This document shows, one piece after another, positions 52,521 through 64,000 of a DNA stretch of 64,000 nucleotides. This DNA comes from Camelus ferus (taxonomy: Eukaryota): positions 3,164,001 to 3,228,000 of the forward strand of contig NC_045697.1 in the NCBI RefSeq assembly GCF_009834535.1, in the 5' to 3' direction. The notes below the pieces were generated by a model. It was not told where the DNA came from, did no database searches, and saw only the letters and a program-made list of their open reading frames with translations. Positions within the stretch are counted from its first letter, which is position 1. The number at the start of each line of letters is the position of its first letter. The position numbers and the translations under genes are program-made.

Positions 52521-55002
52521 CACTGATACTACTCACTTGTTCACCTGAAGAAAAACCTAAGCCTAGCAGATGTATTGAAGGCGGCCTCGGACAGGGCCAG
52601 GTGGGTGACTAGATAAACACAGAAGCTGAGCGAAAGGAAACTAGGGTGGAGGGCTTCACAGGTAGGATATTTCTAGGGTTCCTCTGAGCTCTGTGTCCCG
52701 TGACTTTGTGACATTTTTAGCAGTAGGATTTTTGGCAGATGTGCAGGAAAGTGACATGCTTCTCACTCTCTGTCATCATCCACCCACAAAGGGTCAGATG
52801 GCATTTAGTCAAGGGGAGGGAAGCGTTCTTGGCATAAGTTACCGTGTCAGGGGTGTGGTGAGTCCTTCCTACGCGTGCCTGCCAGAGGACATGTACCTCA
52901 GGTGGGACGGGGGTTTCAGTGTGGGCAGGGCCGGGACACTATTGGTGGGTTCTGGATGAGGGTCCCCTCCCCTGTGGCGACCCTGGCTGCTTCTCTGCTG
53001 CCCCTTCCCCCGACATTGCCTCTCAGCCAACTACAAACCGAGGCTTGCTGAGATGAGAGCAATGAACTCAAAAGCGTGACAAAGCCCAGGAGACAGGCTC
53101 CCAGGCAGGCGCTGCCCTCTCCATCCTGGAGACGAGATCTGTGGACACGTGGCCCCCCCGTCAGCGGCCCTGCCGGCTCAGCTGCAACTGCTGGAGCTCG
53201 AGAGCCGACTGGCCCAGGACAGCTGACCCCCGCCCCCTGCAGTTGTGTGTTTGGGTCACTCAGGCCTGTGAAGTGACCTCACCGGTCACATGAAACCCCC
53301 TGCACTCTTGCCACCATGGCTTTTGCAGGAAACCTTAGAGTTCTTCAGAATTGGAAGCAAAAATAATCTTAAAACATCAAACTGAAATTTCCCAAATTGT
53401 TAAGACAGAGTGACCTCTCCCTATAACATAAGTGGGAGTCAGAAAAAAAATTCAAGCAGTGCTGGAGTTGCCGTATAATGTGGGTCATCGAAATGCCCAC
53501 GGCGAGCCTGTGAGCCTGTCCACAGAGCTCAGTCCATCCCAGCCTGGCTGCTCTTTGGCACCACCTGGTGGTGGGTGTCTGCCCTGTGATCATCTGGGGG
53601 CTGCTTGGGGTCCTGTGTCGCCAGGTGTTCCATCAGCCAGGCTAGCGATGTCCGGTGGGAGAAAGTTAGGGGACATGCGGCCTGCCCTCTGACCCCAGAG
53701 TCCTTAGAAGGGCTGCCTGTCCCTCACGCCCACGTCCCCCACCCAGGAAGTAGGAATTTCGGCCACCCCTGGCAAGAAGAGCTGAGGACGGTGAGCCTGG
53801 CAGAGGAGGCCAGCCGCCAGGCGTGGACACGTCTCCACAGAGTTTGCTGCCTGTTACCCTCTGCAGATCTGCAGATCTTGTTTTGCTTTTCCCTTTGGGG
53901 AGCTGCAACTAAATACGAGGAGGGCGTTAACACGTGGTAATTTCCTGTGACGTCGTGCTCGAAGTAAAGCATGAGTCTGCCCAATATAATCTTTCCGTTT
54001 GTGGCTCACATGAAGAAACTCGTAGCGCTTGGTGACTCAGTCAGGGAAGAAAAGCCGGTGAGTACGTCCAGCCCTTCAGGAGACGCGGCACTCGCCTGTT
54101 AGCGGAGCCGTGTGGGCTGGTTAGAAGTCACAGCCACTCCATGAAATCTGTATTAGCTCTGGAAAAATGCATTGATGTTTGTGACAAATGAAAATGATCA
54201 GTTTCTTGTGTTTGAGGAGATTTCCTTTTTGAAAAATGAGGACAATTCTTGTAATTCCATCGCACGTGAAGATGTATATACGTGTGTCTCCACATCCACA
54301 GGGCGCTGCAGACACAGTGCAGCCTCAGAGACATGAATGACGAAATGCCACGCGCATTCAGACTCGGGCGTTCAGACCTCACAGTCAACAGAACCCTCCA
54401 GTCAGGGGGCTGCAGTAAGGGCCACTGAGGGCACCTGGGCCTCCAGGCAGGAGTCTCATACCAAGGACTTGCCGTCATTTGCTGGAATACTTCCAGTAGT
54501 GGGGAACTCATCCCCAGGCCTCCTGCTTCTTGGAGAGCTTCGTGTTCACACAGTGTATTTCTCATGCTGGGCCACGTCTGCCTCCCTGTAACTTTTTCCC
54601 CAATTTTGTCAATTGCAGCTGCTCAGAAGGAGTGTAAACCCCTTCCTGTGTGGTGTCCCTTCAGCCACTTGAAGACGCCTGCGCGGCCTCACCCCTCCTC
54701 TCCTTCCAGCACTGATGGCTCAGTGCCCTTCCACACACTCACGAGCCCCGGATCCCCGTGCATGTCCGGGAGCCGGTCCTTAGCACACACGCACCACGTC
54801 ACATTAGGGCTTCTGGCGTGGTCTGTGCTGTCTCCTCAGAAGCCCCCCGAGCTGATCGAATGAGTCGTCTTGCAGGGGCGGCTCCTCCGGTTGCCAGGAG
54901 TTTGCGTGTGCAGATGTGCGGTGTGAGGGGTTGGTGTCTCCCCGGCTGCCTCCCAGAGACGGACGCGGGCGCGTCCCCGACCCCGTGGGGCCTGGGAGCT
55001 GA

Positions 55003-55464
<462 letters not shown>

Positions 55465-57029
55465 TGATTTCCTCTCTGTGTGTGTTCCCCTGGGAAATTA
55501 AATACACAGCCCCATACAGTGGGTTGCTTTTGAAAAGCGGCCACAAAACAACTTGTTTTAAAATTTCCGGTAGAACTTTCCCCCTGACTGTGGTCTGCCT
55601 CTGAAGTGGTGGTGCTTCCTTCACGTTGTCCTTGGGAATGCTCTGGGCTTCCTCACAGACGGAGCAGGTGCTTTTGGACAGCCAGTTGCCTGTAGACAGT
55701 GGCCAGTGAGCCAAAGTACGTGGAAGTTGAAAGAACACTTGGCTTTTAACAAACCCTTGGCTTTGTGTGCATTTTACTATTTGTTTGACTGCTTTTTTAG
55801 AGTTCCTTATTCACCAAAGCAGAAAAAGGCAATTAAAACTAATTTCTTAGTGACACACTGAAAACTTTCATTTTTGAAATTTAAAATTTTTATTTATCAG
55901 TCTATTATTAATTTATTCTTCTACCAAATTATTAATTCAGATCTTTTTTTCCTTTGTCTTTTATTCCAGTTAGTGTTTTCATGATTAAGATACAAAGATA
56001 TACACACACATATGTATGTCCATGTATAAACAAATATCAGATCACAGAATTTCCAGAGTGCATGTTAAGTGTATCTGTGTTATATAGTCAATAGAAATGA
56101 GGATATTTTGGCTTTGGTGGAAGGGCTGATGTATGTCCTAAATTAATCAGATGCAGAGCCAAGTTCTAAATGACTGCAGCGATACTGCCCATGGAGGAAA
56201 GAGCGTGGGGCTTGTGGCCAAGATCAGAGAGGCCCAGTTAGCCAGTCTAGGAGGTCTTGGTGGGGGACAGGAGTTTGTTTCAGAGACTACTGTTTTTGTT
56301 GGGGGCAAAAAAAAAAAAAAGATGAACAGCATAGTTCTTCCACCTGCGGGGCTCCTCGCCCAGTGGTTTGGATGGTCTGAGATGACAGGTGAAAGGAGCG
56401 AGCCTGCCCCTCGTGGCTGACTCTGCAGCGTCTGATTTCACAGAAGGAAGGCCTGGCCTGGCTGAGGCCAGAGTGTCGGGGCCCCTGCCTTAGTTCTGTT
56501 GCAGACTTTGGTCACATCCAAACAGTATCTGAAAAACAGAGCGTTGGGCCAGAGTCAGTGTGCTTTGTAAGCATGCATGCAGGCCAAAAACTGTCGGGTG
56601 GATGGCAGGAGAAAAAGCCGAAAACAGAAATGAGGAAGCTGTACTCTTGATGTAAAACAACGCGGGTGCCATCTGAGAGCTTTGGCAGCAGATCTGAGGG
56701 AGGGTGCAGGGGCGGGAGCTGGCCCCCGCTGCGTTCAGGGTGAAGAGAGAAGCTGGCCAGGGTGCCGGGTGGAGAGAGAAGCCCCCGTGGGGCGGGGCTG
56801 GGGGGGGCGGGCCCCGTGCTGCCTCCGCTCCCGGCCCTGTAGGTGCAGCTCCATGTCCCCGGAGCCACAGTGGTCGTGTTTCACTGCCTTTGCCCTGTTC
56901 CAGTCTTGGCCTCAAACTCACGTAGAAGTAACACACAGCAGTCCACCGTAAGCAGAAGCTTTGCCCGAATCAGTAAGGAAGTGCAGTGAGCCGGCCAAAA
57001 AGCTGTATTCGGTACTTTTTCTAAGATCG

Positions 57030-58520
57030 TTTTGTCTTAACTTTTGAGACAATTTCAGAATTACAGGAAAGTGAGAATGGTACAAGTAACTCCCGTATGC
57101 CCTTCACCCATACTCCCCACATACTAACATCTTACCATGTTTACTACCTCTCGTGTGGCTTCTCGCTCTCTGTGAAGTTTTTCAGAACCTTTTACAGATG
57201 TGTTTCTCCTTTGTCCCCAAAACACTTCAGGGTAAATTTGCTTAAAATGAAAGCTTTCCCTTACCCAAACCACTGTCTAATGATCAAAACCAGGAGATTA
57301 ACACTCAGACAATACTATTATCTGACTTACAGATCTTAATCTGATTTCCCCAGTTATCCCAGTAACGCCCCCATAAGCAGAAGGAAATCCCAGGTCACGT
57401 GTTACATTCAGCTGCAAGTCTCTTTAGCCTTCTCTGTCTGGTCTTCTGCCATTGATACTTGTGATGGGTACAGACCAGTTACTGTGCAGAAGTTCCCTCA
57501 GTTCAAGCGTGTCTCCTGTTTCCCCGAAATTGGAATCTGGGTGTAGGTGTCCTTGACGGGCGGTGGGAGGGGCGGTGTGTTGTGTAATACCTCACACCAG
57601 CAGGTACACCTGTCAGTTTGTCCCACTGCTGAGGATGTTAACTTTGATCCCTAGCATGGGGCATCTTCTTCATGCTTCCCCATGCAGACTTACTGTGTTT
57701 CCCCTTTGTCTTCAATAAGCTTCATGTGGGAAGATAAGATGCTGTTCCAATATCCTGTTATCACTCACAGTTTCACCCACTAATTTTTAACATCCATTCA
57801 TGGCTCTTGCCTGAAACAGTTATTACAACGACAGTTGCCAAATGGGGTGTTTCTAGTTCCATTATTCCTTCTGCACGTTATTAGTATCTACTAAAAGGGA
57901 GATTTCCCTTCCTCGCATTTAGTAAGCTATTCTTCTATGTCTGTGTGTGTCAGCAGGGATTCATAGATTATTGTGTTGATCAGTGGTTATAATCCTTTAT
58001 TGTCAGGACTTATTTTGGTCAAATTAACAGAGTTGGTCAGTGGAAAGCCCTCGGAGCTCTGTGGCCTTTGCTCTGTCCCTGTAATAACGACCCCGCAGTC
58101 CCCATCGTTCTTGGAGCACTTCCCTCAAGCTGTGATGCAACACGATGTTCCAGGCTCGTCCGGCACTTCTCCCTGCCCCAGGCCTCTTGGAATCGGCCGT
58201 GCTCCAAAGAGCTCTAGTGGATCCCTCCCGGTGGAAAATGGTATTTAAAAACCAGATCTGGGTGAAAAGTGTACTCATTGTTACCGGAGTGTCATTGCCT
58301 CCAGGCCTTTTCATAGTCAAACATAGGAAATTGTGTGTGTGTGTGTGTGAACGTACACATACACATATTCAGGCATGTATATATGTTATACAAATTTATA
58401 AGTGTGTATGTGCACATGTGTATACATACATATACGTGTACACCCACATCTATATCCATGTATATCCTAAAAGCCACAAGATCATAACTAATGCTTCTAA
58501 TTGCAGTCCAACACCACAAA
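57030..58520 (-). mobile_element. L1MC4-like 3' region
   Basis: ttttgagacaatttcagaattacaggaaagt..tcccgtatgcccttcaccc..gatgttccaggctc..aaaaccagatctggg. Confidence 0.7.
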
Positions 58521-59941
58521 GTTATCTTTTAAAAGCCTATGAAGAAATTCTTTAAAATGAAGAAAACTGTTAATAAACTGCAGTGTAATAGGATCAATCA
58601 CGTCTTAGATAGTGTATTGAAACACTTTAAAAAATGCTTAGATGAAACAGGAATAGCTGCACTGATACAGATTTGGTCATAGATACGTTCTTGCGATAGA
58701 CTTGCTTTGGGAAGGTACAAGAGACTAGGGAAGAGAACATATTTGTGGTTTTTTTTAATTATTCAAGTATTCAAATCAATTCATTTCACTTTAGCAAACA
58801 CTGATTACATTCTTACTCTGCAAGGCACGTATCTGGGATCCATCTGCTTTGTCCAATGGCCCCATCTGATACTGGCTGGGAATGGTCCTGTTACTTGTAT
58901 GACTCACTCGCCAATTCTGTCAGCACACATAAAACACCTTCTCTTGCCAACAGCTCCTCCTCCTGAGAGGGTTTTGTGCCTGGCGTGGGGTACATACAAT
59001 TACCTACTTGTCTTCTCATCAGTGTCCAGCTTGTCAAGGTTATAATAAAAAAACTCAATTTTCTTCAAGTCTTTAAGCTAAACTTACAAATCTTCCTTTA
59101 CATAAAAAATTTGTAATTTTTACAAGAAGTTAAAATTTTATTTTTTCTCTGACAGTTAGCTCATACATTTGATAGCTCATTTGCTTTTAAACTTTAAATG
59201 TTATTTACATATTTGATCAATCAAATTTATTTAGACATTTTAAATACCATTATGAATGTAATGTAATTGGTTTTCTAAATCACATAACAAGGAAGGCTTA
59301 AAATTTTAATGAACCAAATCTTAAAGGTGTATTTCAGACTTGCAAATTAGGCAGGTAACATTTAGGTGGGGGGGGGGCACTTCAGACATCTTAAAAAACA
59401 GCATGCTCAAAGCCGACCAATGATTATAGACATTTCTACACCTGTGTAAACACGACTAATATGAAAATGAAAGTAGGTTAATTTCCTACCATCTAATCAG
59501 GGAAATCAAATTGCCATTTCAGGCCCATTTAGACCACAGCAAGGGCTCCTCGTCCTTTTGCTGCCCAGATTTTGTTGCCAAATGAAGGAGGCTTTCTAAA
59601 CAACTTCCTTAGCTGAGATTTAAGTGATCACATTGATGTCTATGTTTTACAGCCTACTGCCTTTCCCTCCAAACAACTGGAAGGCACTTTAGGGCCTCGG
59701 GTTTTTGTCTCCTTGGGAGTAATCATTGTGTAACTTGCGCTTTAAGGCTTAGCGTGAATGCAGCGTGAATCCCGTGACTCAGACAATGACCGTGTCCTCC
59801 TCGTGGGTTCCACACCTCACGTGCTTCCTGTTTCACCGCCTCTCCCATGATGTCATCTCTTTATTGACGTATTAGCGAAAACGTTAGAACTCTTCACCAT
59901 TATTTCAATAAAGTGCTCTTTTCCCCCTTTGACCTCAACAG

Positions 59942-60087
59942 GCATCTTCTTCTGAAGACATGGGCCGATGGATTGGGATTTTGCTGGCTGAGACGGGGTC
60001 CTCAACCGACCCCGGGGCTCTGCACTATGACTACATAGACGTGGAGATGTCGGCTAATGTCATTCAGACAGCCAAGCACACCTTCTG
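59942..60087 (+). CDS. AFAP1: AFAP1 exon 11: [48 protein letters not shown](C); end of PH2, Y451/Y453
   Basis: cctcaacag|GCA...TTCTG|gtaaga; 146 nt. Not present in the ORF track. Confidence 0.96.
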
Positions 60088-60280
60088 GTAAGACCCAGTG
60101 CTGTGTGAAATGCCCTGAAGTTAAACGACTTCATTTTTTCCCTGATTTTTTTCACTGTTTTTGTAAGTATATAGCCTTAAAGAGGAAAAAACACCAGCTA
60201 AAGACTCTCCTTTTTGTATTATATTAATCAAAATTTTGCTGAAATATTTGTCATTTCAACCATCTGTGTTTTCTCTTAGA

Positions 60281-60491
60281 ACAAGGATTGGCAGACTTCT
60301 CTGCAGAAAGCAAGATAGTGATATTTTTAGCCTTTTGGACCAAGTATTCCTGTTAAAACTACTCAGCTCTGCCACTGTAGTCACACACAATACATAAAAG
60401 AATGGACGTGGCTGTGTGCCAATAAAACTTTATTTGCAAACATAGACAGTGGGCCAGATTTGGCCCCTGGGCTGTAGTTTGCTGACCCCTG
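60281..60491. mobile_element. MER58A-like hAT-Charlie MITE
   Basis: aactactcagctctgccactgtag..tggctgtgtgccaataaaactttattt..gggctgtagtttgctgacccctg. Confidence 0.85.
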
Positions 60492-60685
60492 TATGAGGGG
60501 AACAGTTCTATAAAGCAGAGCTGATTCTACATATTGCTGTAATGGGAAGTGAGTTTTCAAGGCTGTCAGTCATGTACTTTTAAAACTTAAATTGTGATTT
60601 TTTTTTAAAAAGGCTATTATGTACAAAAGCATTTTTTTAAGCCGTGAATGTTTCTTTAACATAATGATGGCAAAGATTATTATAG

Positions 60686-62047
60686 CAGCAGTTCTCAAAG
60701 CATGGTCCGCAGACCCTTAGGGGTATTTAAGGCCCTTTCAGGCAGTCCCAAAGGTCAAACTATTCTCATAACGATGCTAAGAAATTCTTTTTCTCCTTGG
60801 CTGTAGTGACATTTGCATCAATGGTGCAGAAGCAGGTGGAGGGCAAATTGGCTTAACAGCCTCAGTTGTCACACCACACTGCTATCACCATTGTCACTGC
60901 CACGCACTTGCAAAAAGGAAATGCTGGATTCACTTAAGATGTCTGTGGTGAAGCAGTAGAATTATTACTTTTCCTGTGAAGGGCAGGTGGTGGGTATTGT
61001 TATTAAATCTCTTGAGCACGTGTCTTTTTATCATTTACATGACATAGCTGGCGGGGGGCCACATAAAGCTCTTATGTTCGCTGAACTGCCGTGTTGTCTT
61101 AAGGAAAAGCTCTTGTAAGACTGAGTTGCTAACTAAACTAGCTGCTTCCCCCCCCCTTTTTTTTCATTTTTACTTGAAAAACAATTTAGCAGATGGGCTG
61201 TGGTTATTCAGACTTAGGTATCTGCAGACATTTTTTCAAAAATGAGCCAAGTGAACCCTTTATCTCAAGGGAAACAATTGGCTGTGTTTGTTGCCTGTGA
61301 TGTGGCTGAGCTTTCACTCGGAAATTAGAATTTGGGGAAATTGGTATCTGCCACCGGGAGCTGACGGCTTCAATACTTAGGCTTTCCTGGTGAGACTGGT
61401 GGTGATGTTGAGCGTGAGTTTTCTGGTATTGCATGAAGCGTGTCAGCATTCAAAGGTGTGCATAAATCTTGCACCAGCAGAAGGCCCTGTTCTACGTGCA
61501 AGATAAAACTCATGGGCTCTCCTGCAAAAGAGGACCGAAAGCTTGCTGCTACAATTTCAGTTCTACATCGCAACTAATCATTAAGAAATGACCACTCGTC
61601 GAGCTTTGGTGTAGTATCAAAGCACATCTACGGTTACCTGGAAAAGCTATTAAAGTGCGCCCCACCCTTCCAACTGGGGATCTGGGGCAGGCTGCGTTTC
61701 CTTCACACACTTTAACCAAAACAACAGCCTGTGACAGGCTGAGAAACAAGTGTGAGAATCCAGCTGTTTTCTGTGAAGCCAGATGTTGAATAGAGTTACA
61801 AACGTGTAGAACCAGGACCACTTTCCTCACAATTTTTTTTTTTTTTGGATAATATAGTTAGTTTTCATAAAAGTATGTTGAAATATGTAGGATTTATTCC
61901 TGTTACTTTTAAATGAATAAAAAAGAATACGTTTTGAGTTTCAGTTTCCAATAAAGGAAGCATTGATAACACCACAGAAACGAAAGCTCTTTGGGAGTCC
62001 CCGGTAACTTTTAAGGATGTAAAGACTAAAACGTTTGACGATTGCTG
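60686..62047 (+). mobile_element. hAT-Charlie DNA transposon (Charlie1a-like), degraded
   Basis: Termini cagcagttctcaaag ... tttgacgattgctg (imperfect inverted repeats); transposase relic tggttattcagacttaggtatctgcagacatttt; inverse homology to 6870-8171. Confidence 0.85.
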
Positions 62048-62115
62048 ATCACAGGAGTGAGTCAGGGAGATGAAGCGCCAGCTGACTCATGTTGCATACT
62101 GCCCACTGCCTAAAG

Positions 62116-62290
62116 CAAGGGCTGGTCAGCCTTTCCTGTGAAGGGCAAGATGGTGAGCAGTTTCAGCTTTGCCGACCACATGTTCCCCATGGTGACAACC
62201 CCTCTGTCGCCATGCCCAGCTCTGCGTGGTCGGGGAAGAGCAGCAGGACGGTCCTGAGACCAGTGGACATGGCCGTCTTGGCAGGGGTTT
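62116..62290. mobile_element. MER58-like MITE, degraded and GC-shifted
   Basis: caagggctggtcagcctttcctgtgaagggcaagatggtgagcagtttcagctttg; resembles 60281-60491. Confidence 0.55.
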
Positions 62291-64000
62291 GCTGTGAGCT
62301 GTGCCGTGGGATTACGAGGGGAAGGGCGCTGGGCCAGGAGGAGGGAGACCGGGTTCTGGCCCCGCTGTCCTAGTTACTAAGCGGGAAGTTTTGGGCAAGG
62401 CATCACAGCCTCTCCGTGTCTCAGCTTCCCTGTGTAGAAGATAGAGGCGAGTTCAGAGGGCGTCCAAAACTTCTAGCTCTGATGTCTGTGGCCCCTTGAT
62501 TCCTGCTTCTGTTTTAGAGAGACTGGACTGGAGCCGAGGAAAGGAGGACTGAAACAGAGCAGGCAATGGAGTTACGTAATCAGCAAGTGACCATAAACAA
62601 ACCAACAACGTTGGCAAGCCCTCCGGGGCTCCCTAAGACAATGAGACCTTTGAATGTGAAGATGAGCATGGACGTTCACACTGTCCTTTGCCCGCTTCAC
62701 GTGGACACCGCCGGCTGGTTTGTCCACACACGTGGTGTTACGGGGGATTCGAGCAGTCTTCCTTTGTGTCTCAGGTGGTGGTGCAGAGTGAACGGTTATC
62801 AGTGCTCGGCCAGGACATCCTGGGCTGGGTACAGATGACTCTGGCCCATGTTAGGGATCAGGCCGCCGCTCACCCGACTACGGGAAATAGCCTTGGCAGA
62901 AGGAAGTAGTCGTGTACAACTTTACCAGAAAATCTCCAGGAGTGCGAGAGGATTTTTGGCATATAAACCACCTATTCTTACTACTGTTCTGTTGTGTGAA
63001 AACCAGGCGGCGTGGTCTGGTGCTGACTCTTCTGCGGGCCCTCAGCACTTTTCCATCACCACATTTTATCTAATCAGCAAAATTACAATGACTCTTTTGA
63101 TCATGTAGTAAATAAAGCACATTTAAAGCAGCTTTTTAAGAAATGTAATGTCCAGTTTGGCAAAATCTACACACCTAGGGTGATGTGAAAGAAAGGAGGT
63201 CGTGGTTATTACCTGTACTACCAGTGGGCATTACTCGTTTCCAAAAAGCCTCTCCTAGGTCCACACTGCAGCTCTGATGGTAATAAACAAACTGACAACC
63301 ACATTTAAGAGAAACCTTGACTGCAAATAGTTCCCCTGGAACACAAAGGAGTGGCATGTTCATCTAAACCAAATGTGAGAAGGCCACATTTTTGAGAAAA
63401 GAATGTAGATTGCAAAACTGAAAACTTATTTATTAAAAATATGCTTGTAGTGAGTTTATGGCTGAAAGAATGTTTGCCAGCCTATTAATATCTTTATAGG
63501 AGATGTTACTTAGCAGCAGAGTTCATTTTTATTTATTAGTTTTCTGCTAAACCTTCTTGTAAAACTTACAGGAGAAGAGATTTAACAAGGAAACAGTGTT
63601 CAAAATATAAACTGTGGTAGCTTGCCAGTGTGGTAAATAATCTAAGATTAAGTTAATCTTTGCCTTTACGTGTTTTTCTGTGGGGAATTTTCTGTGCATT
63701 GGATTACGTCTGAGGGAAGAAAGGGCAGTAATATATTTTGGGAAGAGGACAATAAAAGAAAAAATAGTCATGTCAAGTCTCCCAGAGAAGTGCTATATTT
63801 AAGAGTATTAATAAGGTAAACAGTTGAAATGCATTTTTCTGGAGACCTATTTTTAAGTAACATATATAGGTGACCGGATGCAAGGAAAACTTTCTGAAGT
63901 TTTCTTCTGAAACTCTTTTCAAGACATGCTTGGTTGGAGACCCACAAGACAGCTATAGCAATCCTGATGACAAGAGCTGTAGGTCAGCGTGGACAAGGAG

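Noticed and set aside
60088..64000. AFAP1 exon 12 or an AFAP1-AS1 lncRNA orthologue
   Set aside because: No in-frame exon matching the expected continuation was found; the human antisense RNA overlaps more 3' exons and cannot be supported from this sequence.

Overview
Mammalian genomic DNA, most likely a camelid (a Vic-1-type tRNA-Ala SINE is present). The window holds the 5' two-thirds of the coding region of AFAP1 (actin filament-associated protein 1, AFAP-110) on the + strand. Ten coding exons (8818-60087) have canonical GT-AG boundaries and splice into one uninterrupted frame of 1412 nt (codons 1-470 plus 2 nt). They encode the proline-rich SH3-binding motifs, SH2-binding tyrosines, PH1, the Ser/Thr-rich linker and PH2. 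The 3' exons lie beyond the window, and I could not identify the non-coding first exon or promoter. Exon numbers assume one upstream non-coding exon, as in human. The rest is intron filled with old repeats (L1, L2, MIR, MLT1/MLT2/MER21 LTRs, hAT-Charlie). Repeat subfamily names are from memory of consensus sequences and their edges are approximate. I found no novel multi-gene system. The best unexplained structures are a tiny L1 insertion carrying a 3'-transduced LTR fragment between perfect 17-bp target-site duplications, old repeats rewritten AT->GC into CpG-rich patches (likely GC-biased gene conversion), a deleted ERV-L provirus with readable pol motifs, and a nested LTR with an intact TSD. 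Almost all ORFs in the supplied track are spurious.
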